The position numbers and the translations under genes are program-made. This document shows, piece after piece, positions 49,133-58,510 of a stretch of 64,000 bases of DNA. The stretch lies in the NCBI GenBank assembly GCA_000092065.1, contig CP000582.1. One strand, 5' to 3'. Every line of letters starts with the position of its first letter. Within the stretch, counting starts at the first letter, position 1. This DNA comes from Ostreococcus lucimarinus. Its lineage: Eukaryota. Below the pieces are notes generated by a model. The model saw only the letters and a program-made list of their open reading frames with translations, ran no database searches and was not told the DNA's origin.

Positions 49133-49836
49133 AGTCGGCGGCGAGAAATCGAAAAGGAGCGCCGTCGGCGAGAAATCGTACAAAGGAGAGCCGCGAGTGT
49201 CGGCGTAGAATCTTAGCGACTCTTTAGCGCATCATTTTTAACGCATCGAACATTCGCGCGACCGCTCGCGTCTCGAGCTCGCGGAGCGTCGTCTTCGTCG
49301 GGTTTTCGCGCCGTTCGCCGCGCGACGCGAGGGCGAGGGTTCGCGCGCGCGCGCGAACCGCACTTCTCGGCGCGCGTCGCACGTCGAGGTCGTCGCCGAC
49401 GTCCCGTTCGCCCCAAAGGTGACAGACGACGGCTTGCGCGACTGTTAAGCCCCACGCGCGCGCGTGGTGACGCGATCGACGCGAGATTCAACGCGAATTC
49501 GCGTGAATTTCAAGAAAGCGAGATCGCGACACAAACGGCTCGCGCGCGCGTTCAAAGCGAACTCGCGAGCGAGACGCGCGCGCAAAGCGTGAAAAGGTTT
49601 GTGTTCTTTCGTTTGAATCGGTAGCGCCGCCGAGTGGCATAGCACGTGCTCGAGCATATCGGTGAATACACATACAGCAGTTGTCGTAGCAGACGCGCGA
49701 GAGATCTCGAGCGCGGTTTTCGTCGATTGACTCGATTCCTCGCTCGCTCGCTCCCGGCGTGCGTGCTGACGTTTGACTTTTGGCTTTTGCGCACGCGTTC
49801 GCGTCGTGTTGTTGTTCAATCGTAGCACTCGCGAAG

Positions 49837-51234
49837 ATGTCTGGAGAAGAGTTTGAAGAGTACGCCTCGGCGTTGAGCGAACTCGTGATCAATAGCAAAC
49901 CGATCATCACATCGCTCACGATTTTAGCTGGAGAGATTGCGGGGAACGATGAAGCGCGAGCGGAGGCGATCGCTGAATTGATTCGTGGCCACATCAGAAC
50001 GGCGCCGGCGAAGACGAAACTTTGCGGATTTTATCTATTAGACAGCGTGGTGAAGAATCTTAGAGGACCTTTCGTCCGTTGTTTTGCGACCGGTTTGAGC
50101 GATTTATTCCTACCCGCGTACGCTAAAGTCGACATCACACAGAAAAAAAGCATGGCGCGCCTGTTTAACACGTGGAGGCCCGTCTTCCCAGCTAGCGTTT
50201 TAGATGAAATTGAACCGCACATCGCGCCGCGCGCCGCGGCGCCGACGCAAGCGCCTCGAGCGATCGCACCGGCGCCGACGCAGTGGCAAGCGCCGCAGCA
50301 GCAACAGTGGGCACCAACTGCACAGCAATGGACGGGTTACGGCGCCCCAGCGGTGCAGCAACCTTATGCAAACTATGGTCACGTGCCACCGCCGCCGCCC
50401 ACGTTGGCGGGAGCAGCGGGAGGTCACATGCTCGCAAACATGCTCCAGAGTGGGAGCGGTGGCGACCTTTCCGCGCTTATCGCTTCTTTGGAGGCGAAAA
50501 AGGCGCCTCCATTGGCCGTGCCGATCGCCACCGCTCAGCCAATGGCTACGACGCGACCGGGTGAACTCCCGGCGTTGACGGCGGATTTCGACCCGAAGAA
50601 AGATTTAGGTGAGCTTAGCAAACGGCGAGAGAGCGTCATTCGCTCGCTTTACTTTGAACTTCCATTTCAATGCGTCCAAACCGGTCGTCGTTTCCGACAA
50701 CGGGCCGAGCTCGACGCGCACATGGATTGGCTGCACGCTCGTCGCCGCCGCCGCCGAGACGGCAAGGTGAGCCGCAAATGGTTCGTCGATGTCAACGCCT
50801 GGCTCAAGGGGTTGAAGACGATGGCCGAGGACGCGTTGAACTTCTTCGGCGGTGAAGACAAGGACAGCGCCGCCGAAGTCGAAGCGGCAGCCGCGGTGGA
50901 TGAGAACGTGAGCGTCCCCGTGGACGAATCCCAACCGACGTGCGCGCTCTCTGGGGAAGAGTTTGAAACCTTCTGGAACGAGGCCGAGCAGGAGTGGCAC
51001 TATCGCGGCGCTATCGTGCTCGATCGCGCCGTCGGTGGCGCCAAGAAAGGTTCGATCGTCCTCGCGCGCGCCGTGCCGAAGAAACGCGTTGCGGCGAAAG
51101 GCAAAGCCAAGGCGACGGCGACGGTGAAAACCGAAGACGCGGGCGCGAGGCGAAGCGCGCGAGGCGTCAAGACCAAGGCTGACGACGAACCCTTGGAAAC
51201 GAGCCCGGCAAAACGCACGCGAACGCGCAAGTGA
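49837..51234 (+). CDS. PCF11: PCF11-like pre-mRNA cleavage/polyadenylation factor (N-terminal CID domain)
   Basis: Track ORF starts at TTG 49780; first ATG 49837 (MSGEEFEEY...). CID-like N-terminus LSELVINSKPIITSLTILAGE...KLCGFYLLDSVVKNL...MARLFNTWRPVFP. Q/P-rich linker. C-terminal Pcf11-type block LYFELPFQCVQTGRRFRQRAELDAHMDWLH...SRKWFVDVNAWL...CALSGEEFETFWNEAEQEWHY. Basic tail. Confidence 0.6.
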   Translation: MSGEEFEEYASALSELVINSKPIITSLTILAGEIAGNDEARAEAIAELIRGHIRTAPAKTKLCGFYLLDSVVKNLRGPFVRCFATGLSDLFLPAYAKVDITQKKSMARLFNTWRPVFPASVLDEIEPHIAPRAAAPTQAPRAIAPAPTQWQAPQQQQWAPTAQQWTGYGAPAVQQPYANYGHVPPPPPTLAGAAGGHMLANMLQSGSGGDLSALIASLEAKKAPPLAVPIATAQPMATTRPGELPALTADFDPKKDLGELSKRRESVIRSLYFELPFQCVQTGRRFRQRAELDAHMDWLHARRRRRRDGKVSRKWFVDVNAWLKGLKTMAEDALNFFGGEDKDSAAEVEAAAAVDENVSVPVDESQPTCALSGEEFETFWNEAEQEWHYRGAIVLDRAVGGAKKGSIVLARAVPKKRVAAKGKAKATATVKTEDAGARRSARGVKTKADDEPLETSPAKRTRTRK

Positions 51235-51332
51235 ATGAGTGATTAGTACGAAGTAGTACGAGGCTTAGAATTGAAATCAATGACTAGGAACGCAGCCGAA
51301 GAGAATCCCGACGCCGACGCGACCTTTGCGCC

Positions 51333-52025
51333 TCACTCCTCCTCCTCGTCCATCTCTCTCGCCGCCGCCTCCGCCTTGGCCTGATCGTCGAACCGCGCCA
51401 GATCCAACTCATCGTACATATATTTTGGCACCATCCCCATCTCCACGTAATAATGCTTCCCATCCGCCTCCCACGACACCAAAGGTCTCGAGCTTTCGCT
51501 CTCCTTCATCGCGCTCGCCGCGAACGTCGTCTCGTATTCGCTCGCGTTCCACTTCAATTTCCTCGCCGTCACCGTCCCTTTGCTCGCGTCCAATCGCATG
51601 CTCCTCACGTACGGCGATATGAACCACTGCAACAGCGCCGTCGTGAACCCTCCGAACCCGATCACCGTCGCGTTCACCGCCGCCTTGGCCTCGAACGCCA
51701 GCTCCGGCTGCGACAGCTCCACGAACGTCGGGCACCCCACCACCGTCACCGCCAGCGACGCCAGCGACAGCACCTTCACCTTGCGCACCGTGTCCCCCAG
51801 CGCGGCGACGTACGCCTCGCGCGTCGTCGCGTCCGTCGCTCGCTTCCGCGCGTCTTTCTCGTCGTCGTCGTCGTCGTCGCGCCTCCCGCCTCGATTCGTC
51901 CCGCGTCGCCGCGCGTCGCGCGCTCGATTCGCGCCCTCGACCGCCGTCGACGCGCGCGCGCTCGACGACGTCGCCCGCGCCGCCGTCGACGCGAGCCTCC
52001 GCGCGCGCGTCGCGCTCGACGACAT
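51333..52025 (-). CDS. TMEM70/TMEM186-like (DUF1301) mitochondrial membrane protein
   Basis: ATG at 52025 (minus). Presequence MSSSATRARRLASTAARA, acidic spacer, two adjacent hydrophobic helices (VLSLASLAVTVVGCPTFV, VIGFGGFTTALLQWFI), then SPYVRSMRLDASKGTVTARKLKWN resembling TMEM70 [23 protein letters not shown]. Confidence 0.45.
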   Translation of the reverse strand: MSSSATRARRLASTAARATSSSARASTAVEGANRARDARRRGTNRGGRRDDDDDDEKDARKRATDATTREAYVAALGDTVRKVKVLSLASLAVTVVGCPTFVELSQPELAFEAKAAVNATVIGFGGFTTALLQWFISPYVRSMRLDASKGTVTARKLKWNASEYETTFAASAMKESESSRPLVSWEADGKHYYVEMGMVPKYMYDELDLARFDDQAKAEAAAREMDEEEE

Positions 52026-52077
52026 CGCGCGCGCGCGTCTGCGGCGCCGACCGGGACGCGCGTCGCGTCACATCGCG

Positions 52078-52524
52078 ATGGCGACGCCCGCGAGCGACGC
52101 CGCGGCGCGGTTCCTGCGCGACGCCGCGAGCGCCGGGACGTACGACGCCGCGCCGCTGCGCCGGTGCTCGAACGCGGCGAGCGCGACGCGCGGGAGGTTC
52201 GCGTGCGACCTGACGGTGACGCGCGAGCTCACGAATCGCTTCGGCACGCTGCACGGCGGCGCGATCGCGACGATCGTGGACGTGCTCACGACGGCGGCGC
52301 TGCTGACGATGACGACTCGCGGTGGGGTGAGCGTGGAGCTGTCGTGCGCGTACTGCGCGCCGGCGACGCTGGAGGAGACGGTGCGCGTGGAGTGCGAGGT
52401 GGTGAAGATGGGCAAGACGCTGGCGTGGATGGAGTGCAGGATGACGCGGGCGAGCGATGGAGAAGTGGTGGCGACGGGGAAACACACGAAGTTTTTACCC
52501 GTGGGAACGACGTCGAAGCTCTGA
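52078..52524 (+). CDS. PaaI/THEM2-type hotdog-fold acyl-CoA thioesterase
   Basis: Track ORF 51580..52524 is antisense junk upstream; ATG at codon 167 (52078). Hotdog thioesterase motif NRFGTLHGGAIATIVDVLTTAA and C-terminal beta-strand region. Start lies only about 52 bp from the divergent gene at 52025. Confidence 0.7.
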   Translation: MATPASDAAARFLRDAASAGTYDAAPLRRCSNAASATRGRFACDLTVTRELTNRFGTLHGGAIATIVDVLTTAALLTMTTRGGVSVELSCAYCAPATLEETVRVECEVVKMGKTLAWMECRMTRASDGEVVATGKHTKFLPVGTTSKL

Positions 52525-52604
52525 GGACGGACGTCGGGCGCGCGGCGCGTAGTCTCGTAGTTGCAATTTATTCACGGCGCGGGTACTGTAGATATTTCTA
52601 TCCG

Positions 52605-53639
52605 CTATCGAAAGCGCGCGAACGCGGACGAGGCGGGGCCGAGCGTCGCCTCCGGACCGAGTTCGGTGTCGAGGGTGTCTCTGATCTTGGCTAGGAGGTC
52701 GTGATGCTCGCCGAGAGCGCGCTTGACGACGTCGACGTCCGCCTTGACGGCGGCGTCGCGTCTGGCGCGCAACGCGGATTTTTCCTCGAGCGCGGTGAGA
52801 CGCGTTTGCTGCGCCTTCAACGCCAGCTCGGTGGCTTTCACGGATGTCGCTAACTCTCCCTTGCGCCGAGCAGCGCCGTTTTCTTTGTCGCCACCTTCGT
52901 GAGAAGTCTCGCGCTCGAGCGCGGCGAGTCGACGGTTTTGGTGCGCCGCCGTCTCCTTCGACCACTTGGCCAACTCTCGCACGTCCGACGCGAGTCCGCC
53001 GATCTCTTCCGCCTTGCTCGCCGCCGTCTCTGCGTGCAGCGAGCACGCGCGCACGGTCTCGATCTCATCCCGCAACAGCGCATCGGCCGCGCGCGCGCGG
53101 CGTTCAAACTCCTCCACCGCGCGCGCGCGCGCGACGTCTCGCGCCTCCAACTCCCTCGTCCTCTCCTTCGCCTCCTGAATCACCCGTTCCACCGCCACGA
53201 ACTCATCCCGCACATCCTTCACGTATCTCAACCCCTCGCTCACTCTCGCATCGATCGCCAACGCCTCCGCTCTCGCCCGCTCCGCGTCTCGTTCTCTCGC
53301 CTCGGCGCGCGTCGCCGCCGTCGTCGCCGCCCTCGCCGCCACCTCCACCGCCGCCTTAATCTCCCGCCGCTCTCGCGTCCACGCGTCGTGATCGCACGAA
53401 ATCGCCTCCATCGCCTCTCGAAACGTCGCCGCGAGCGCGTCCACGGACTCCGTGACCCGCGCCAGCGCGTCCCGGTCCCGCGCGCGCGCGTCCCGCTCGC
53501 GCCTCGCCTCCGCCTCCATCCTTCGCGCGCGCGCGTCCAGCGCGCGCAGCGCCTCCCCGACCGTCGCTTTCGTCGGTTCGCCTTTCGCCATGATCGTCCG
53601 CGCGTCGCCGCTCCGTCGCGTCGTCGTCGCGCGTTCCAT
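52605..53639 (-). CDS. coiled-coil hypothetical protein
   Basis: Track ORF starts upstream through a (TCGAA)n tract; first ATG at codon 61 (53639). Continuous heptad-rich sequence (AEARRERDARARDRDALARVTESVDALAATFREAMEAI..., [32 protein letters not shown]...). Confidence 0.4.
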   Translation of the reverse strand: MERATTTRRSGDARTIMAKGEPTKATVGEALRALDARARRMEAEARRERDARARDRDALARVTESVDALAATFREAMEAISCDHDAWTRERREIKAAVEVAARAATTAATRAEARERDAERARAEALAIDARVSEGLRYVKDVRDEFVAVERVIQEAKERTRELEARDVARARAVEEFERRARAADALLRDEIETVRACSLHAETAASKAEEIGGLASDVRELAKWSKETAAHQNRRLAALERETSHEGGDKENGAARRKGELATSVKATELALKAQQTRLTALEEKSALRARRDAAVKADVDVVKRALGEHHDLLAKIRDTLDTELGPEATLGPASSAFARFR

Positions 53640-53688
53640 GTCGCGCGCGCGCGCCGTCGCGTCGAACTCGCGATACCAACGGTCGCGT

Positions 53689-53722
53689 TTCGAATCGAAT
53701 CGAATCGAATCGAATCGAATCG
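53689..53722. repeat. microsatellite (TCGAA/GAATC)x6 in 5' region of the coiled-coil gene
   Basis: Read directly: tcgaatcgaatcgaatcgaatcgaatcgatcg. Confidence 0.7.
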
Positions 53723-54116
53723 AATCGATCGCGCGTTCGTGTCGATCGCGCCGTCCGCGACGCGTCGCCGAGTGGCGCGACGCCGCGCGCGTCGCGCCGT
53801 CTTTCGCGCGTCGTCTCAACCCTAGGCCAGGGTCGCCGTCGCCGGCGTCGTCGTCGTCGTCCGCGCCCGAGCGCGCAGGCTGGACAAAACGCGCGCGATG
53901 GTTTTTATCTCATGGGTCTACATTTCACTGAATACGTAGAAAACAAAACGACATTCGCATGTGTATTACATACACATTTTGTTGCACGCGCGTGTAATGA
54001 TCACGGGTCACGACTCAAGAGTATACATGTACGTATGGGTAAACAGTGACGATGCGTCGTCCGTCCCGACGGACCGACGCCCCGCACACCGACGCGCGCC
54101 GACGGTCGACCGCGCG

Positions 54117-56087
54117 ATGGCGCGCGCGCGCGCGGCGCCGACCTCGCGCCTCGCGACGCCCCGCGCGCGTCTCGCGACCGCGCGACCGCGCGCGCGCGTC
54201 GCGAGACGCGCGGCGACGCCGGACGACGACGCGACGCACTGCCGGCGGCTCTTGGTGCGCGAATTGCGCGAGCGATTGATCGCGTCCGGCGCGCACGACG
54301 CCGCGATCGTGCGTCGAACGAACAAGGCGGAGTTGGTGGAGATGTGCGAAGCGCTGGTGAGGCGGGAGCGCGCGCGCGAGCGCGGCGCGGCGAGCGGGGG
54401 GGGGGGGACGCGCGAGGACGAGGGGGAGACGGCGGAGGCGGGCGACGAGGACGGCGAGGCGACGGCGACGGGGGACGCGATTCGAGCGCACGGGGGAGGG
54501 TATCAGCGCACGATGTTTAATGGGAAGGTTGTAGACGCCGTTTCGGGGGGGTCGACGGCGTTGGAGGAGGATATGAAGTCGAATTTTAGCGGCGCGGAGT
54601 TGACGTTTCTCGGCACGTCGAGCGGGGCGCCGAGCTTTACGCGAAACGTCTCGTCGGTGGCGTTGAGGTTAGAGAACGAGGTTTGGTTGTTTGATTGCGG
54701 TGAGGCGACGCAGCATCAGTTGATGCGGTCGAAGCTGAAGTATGCGAAGATCACGAGGATTTTTATCACGCACATGCACGGGGACCACATCTTCGGTTTG
54801 CCCGGGTTGATTTGCGCGATTAGCGGCGCGCGCACGGCGCACTCGAGGTCGTACGGTGGTTCTGTCGTGCCTTTGCACATCATAGGCCCGCCGGGGATAC
54901 GGCAGTTCATTTACTCATCCATCACGTGGTCGAGATCGGTGCTCGGGATGCCGCTGATCGTGACAGAGTTGAGGCAGCCTGCGCGCGCGAGCGGCGGCTC
55001 GCCCGCGGCGCACACGTCGGTCGATCCGCGAGGGAAGATTTTCATGGGCGAATATTGGCCCGATAACGTCTCCGAACCGCTGCCGCACTTTAGAGACGCC
55101 GCACGATGGAACGAACTCGGGATGAGCGAGCAGCTGCCGATTTGGACCGCGTATAACGATGGAAACTTTTGCGTTCGCGCCTCGGTGCTGCGACATCCCG
55201 TGCCGTGCTTCGGTTACGTCATCGACGAGTGTGACGCCAGCGGTCGGCTCGACGCCGAGAAGTGTGTGGAGATGGGACTGCCTCCAGGGCGCGAATATGC
55301 CATGCTTAAAGCAGGGCAGTCGGTGACGACGAAGGATGGACGCGTGATTCGTCCCGAAGACGTCATAGGCACGCCTCGACCGGGGCGTCGACTGGTGCAT
55401 CTCGGCGACACGTGCGACAGCAGCTCGATGGTTTCCCTGGCGCAGGGTGCGGATTCCTTAATTCACGAATCTACGTTTGAAGCAAAGAAAGTGTCAGAGG
55501 CGCTGTACAAAGGACACTCCACGGCGCGCATGGCTGGGAAGTTTGCCGCGCAAGTCAACGCGCGCGCGTTGATTTTAACGCATTTTTCAAATCGCTACGC
55601 CGGCGGCGTCCATCGCGCTGATTCAAACAGCGATGATCTCGGTGCTAGCGGAGACGACGACGACGACGACGAAGATGATTGTGAAGATATGTCGCCACCC
55701 GATGTCGACTCCGACGGCGAAGCACTCGCCGAGGGCGATCGCATGAACGTCGAGCGTCTCGTCGAGGAAGCCAAGGAGGCCAAGGGCGACTCGCGCGTCA
55801 TCGCCGCGAGCGACTTCTTCGTCTTCAACGTCGGTCGGCGCGAAGAGTTCGACGATTTCGATTTCTCCAAGGGTGATCGATCGGTGTTATTCGCCAGCCC
55901 CCGCAAGACGACCCCAGAGACGTTCGTCGTCGATCAGGACGACGGCCGCGCGTCGTCGTCATCGGGTGGCGACGATCGAGACCGTCGACCGCGGCGAGGC
56001 GGCGGCTCCGCCGACCGTGGCGGTCGCGGCCGCGGCGCCCGGGCCCCGGTCAGTGGACGCTATCAGCGGTCGCCATCTTCGCAATAG
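54117..56087 (+). CDS. ribonuclease Z (tRNase Z, ELAC-type metallo-beta-lactamase) with N-terminal presequence/SAP-like segment and acidic C-terminal tail
   Basis: Track ORF starts in an AT-rich island at 53961; first plausible ATG 54117. tRNase Z blocks LTFLGTSSGAPS, WLFDCGEATQHQL, His motif IFITHMHGDHIFGLPGLI (HxHxDH), later HLGDTC and ILTHFSNRY. N-terminal LLVRELRERLIASGAHDAAIVRRTNKAELVEMC resembles a SAP motif. Poly-Asp tract and RGG-like tail. Confidence 0.8.
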   Translation: MARARAAPTSRLATPRARLATARPRARVARRAATPDDDATHCRRLLVRELRERLIASGAHDAAIVRRTNKAELVEMCEALVRRERARERGAASGGGGTREDEGETAEAGDEDGEATATGDAIRAHGGGYQRTMFNGKVVDAVSGGSTALEEDMKSNFSGAELTFLGTSSGAPSFTRNVSSVALRLENEVWLFDCGEATQHQLMRSKLKYAKITRIFITHMHGDHIFGLPGLICAISGARTAHSRSYGGSVVPLHIIGPPGIRQFIYSSITWSRSVLGMPLIVTELRQPARASGGSPAAHTSVDPRGKIFMGEYWPDNVSEPLPHFRDAARWNELGMSEQLPIWTAYNDGNFCVRASVLRHPVPCFGYVIDECDASGRLDAEKCVEMGLPPGREYAMLKAGQSVTTKDGRVIRPEDVIGTPRPGRRLVHLGDTCDSSSMVSLAQGADSLIHESTFEAKKVSEALYKGHSTARMAGKFAAQVNARALILTHFSNRYAGGVHRADSNSDDLGASGDDDDDDEDDCEDMSPPDVDSDGEALAEGDRMNVERLVEEAKEAKGDSRVIAASDFFVFNVGRREEFDDFDFSKGDRSVLFASPRKTTPETFVVDQDDGRASSSSGGDDRDRRPRRGGGSADRGGRGRGARAPVSGRYQRSPSSQ

Positions 56088-56213
56088 CTTTCACGCGCGA
56101 GCTCATGTAAACATACACACCGTCGAGTCGACGCGCCGTCCCGAAGCCCCTATCCACGACGTCCCCTTTCCACGCGGTCATCACTGTGCGCCGCGGACCC
56201 GAATTCGCGCGCC

Positions 56214-57263
56214 ATGTTCGCCGCCCGCGCGCCCGCGAAGCTCGCCGCGTCGCCCGCGCGCGCGTCCCGCGCCTCTCGCGCCGTCGTCACGTGCGGCGCG
56301 TCTCGTAAAGCGCGCCGAGCGCAAACCGGCGGCGGCGGCGCCGACGCGGCGACGAAACCCAAACCCGCGCTGAGCGCGGCGAACAAAGCCGCGCGCGATA
56401 AAGCTCGCAAAGCCGCGGCGACTAAAGCGCGCGGATTGGTCAGCGAACAAGGGAAGGCGTACGAAAAAATCGTGAACGAGATGGGGCGAGAGGCGTCGCG
56501 CGAGTACGTGCTGAGCGTGCGACACGCGCCGAAGAGTGGAAACGCAGAAGACGTCGTCGGGGTCATGAGCGATTGGTTACCAGTGTGTGAAGTCGTCGTC
56601 GCGGATCGGAAGGCGTACGAGGCGCAGATGTTCTTTAAAAAGCAAGGAATGAGCGTGCCGGAGACGGAGACGCAGACGCTGGAGAACGCGCAAATCGAAG
56701 GCGTGCCGGCGGTGCGGATGATGTTGCCGAAATACGAGCAACACGTGGCGGCGATGGCCTTCGTGATGAGTGGAGTCAAGGATTTGAACATGGATGAGGT
56801 CGAGTACGGATTGGAGGATTGGGGATCGTTCGAGGTCGCCGTGGACGCGCTGGCGGCGCAGACGAACCAGCGAGGGAAATTTGAAGCCGCGGCGAAGCTT
56901 CTCGGCGTTTCTGTGGACGATGAGCCGAGCGATATTAAGCGCGTGTATCGTAAACTCATCGCTGAGGCGCACCCCGATCGTAATCCGGACACGACGCAAG
57001 AGAAGTTTAACGCCATCAAGGATGCGTACGAGCTCTTGTGCGGTCGCGGCGATACCGCGGGGACAACGTTCGAAGGACTCGGTGACCACCGTCGCGACTT
57101 CGTACCGCTCGACAAAGGTCACTTTGGGGTGACGAGCGCGGACAAAGGTCAAACCGATCCCGCCTCGGTGGCGTTCGCCATGCGCACGCTTACCATTTAC
57201 GACCGCGTCGGCACGGTGTTCTCGACGAGAAATCTCAAGCTCGCGCAAAAGCAAAAGGCGTGA
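56214..57263 (+). CDS. J-domain (DnaJ-like) protein with chloroplast-type transit peptide
   Basis: ATG at 56214. Transit-like MFAARAPAKLAASPARASRASRAVVTCG. C-terminal J-domain DIKRVYRKLIAEAHPDRNPDTTQEKFNAIKDAYELL with HPD. Confidence 0.7.
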   Translation: MFAARAPAKLAASPARASRASRAVVTCGASRKARRAQTGGGGADAATKPKPALSAANKAARDKARKAAATKARGLVSEQGKAYEKIVNEMGREASREYVLSVRHAPKSGNAEDVVGVMSDWLPVCEVVVADRKAYEAQMFFKKQGMSVPETETQTLENAQIEGVPAVRMMLPKYEQHVAAMAFVMSGVKDLNMDEVEYGLEDWGSFEVAVDALAAQTNQRGKFEAAAKLLGVSVDDEPSDIKRVYRKLIAEAHPDRNPDTTQEKFNAIKDAYELLCGRGDTAGTTFEGLGDHRRDFVPLDKGHFGVTSADKGQTDPASVAFAMRTLTIYDRVGTVFSTRNLKLAQKQKA

Positions 57264-57500
57264 GCGCCGAGCGCGCGTTGTACCATCATCAACTAATTAT
57301 TTGTCGAGTAATAAGTATGATTCTTTCTAAGCTCTCAGCTTAACGAATGCGTTCACTCAATTTGTTACAAATCGATCATCACTCGTCTATCTTTTCTTCT
57401 TGCTATACCTCTTTCTAGCCTTCGAATCGCGAGGACAAAACTGTCTCGCGAACCGACCACACACCTCCCCGCACAACATTCAAACAAGTGACAAAAGCAT

Positions 57501-58243
57501 TTAGGGCTTCTTGTCCTTCTTGTCCGTGTTCGCGCGGAAGCGACGCGGCGGTTCGCGGATGCGGCGCGCTTCGCGGGAGCGAACGCGCACGACCTTGGAG
57601 TGAATCGCAGCCGAAATCGAATAGTAAGCCTTTCTGTAAAGCTTCGGGAGCGTGTACGCCTCGAAGGCGCACGACTCTTGCAAATCCCGAATCGCCGCGC
57701 TCTCCACGATGTTGCGAACCATGAATCGCTTCACCGCCTTGTCCTTCGGCACGAGCGCGCCCGAGGATTCGCAAAACACACGCTTCACCTGCGAGGTCAA
57801 ACGAAATCATTCCCGTCAGTCTTCAGCACATAGATCCATCGCGTCACGCGCGCCGTTCACGCGCCACGCATCCGTCCGCGGCTTCGCGCCTCGCCGCGCG
57901 TCCCGAGCCAACCCTAGTGCCTCGCCGCGCCCCACCCATCGCGCTTCCCCACGCGCGCGCGCGCGCCCGAGCCACCATCCACGCCCCCCCCGCGACGCAT
58001 CGATATCCATCGATCGCATCGCCGCCTTCATCGTCGATGAATCACGCGCGCGCGCATCGCAAACCGCGTCGGTCCGCGCGCGCGCGATCGCGCCTAGGGC
58101 TTTCCCGTCATCCACCGTTTCTCCGTCGCGCGCGCGCGCGCGACGTCGCGATTCGCTCGCGCGCGCGATCGAGCGATGGTACGCACGTGACCTCGAGCCC
58201 CGGCGGGCTTGTTACGACCGTTCGCGCGACGTTTCTTGGGCAT
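57501..58243 (-). CDS. RPS26: 40S ribosomal protein S26 (eS26), two exons with about 398-nt intron
   Basis: Track lists only exon 2 (57501..57800) with a TTG pseudo-start. Exon 2 proper 57501..57788 begins [36 protein letters not shown]...[15 protein letters not shown] (human: [36 protein letters not shown]...IHSKVVRNRSREARK). Upstream minus-strand mini-exon 58187..58243 ATGCCCAAGAAACGTCGCGCGAACGGTCGTAACAAGCCCGCCGGGGCTCGAGGTCAC gives [19 protein letters not shown] (human MTKKRRNGGRNKKGRGH). Donor CAC|GTGCGT; acceptor TTTGACCTCGCAG|GTG; phase 0. Confidence 0.8.
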
Positions 58244-58510
58244 CTTGACGTTCCGATGCGTCGCGAAGAGAGGCCGCGCGCGTGGCGCGTCGTTCGTCTC
58301 GTGGGCGCTCGCGCCGTATTGCACCACGCAAATCGCCATCTGACACGTCTAGAATTTCACCACACAGCGTATCGACTTGATATAATACGAGAATTTGAAA
58401 TACACCCAGTATAAATAGTACCTCACTGCTGTCTGTCCGAATACCGAACGGTCGGTCGCCGCGGTCGCGACGCGCGACGCGCGACGCGCGGCGCGCACAC
58501 GCGCGCGCGC

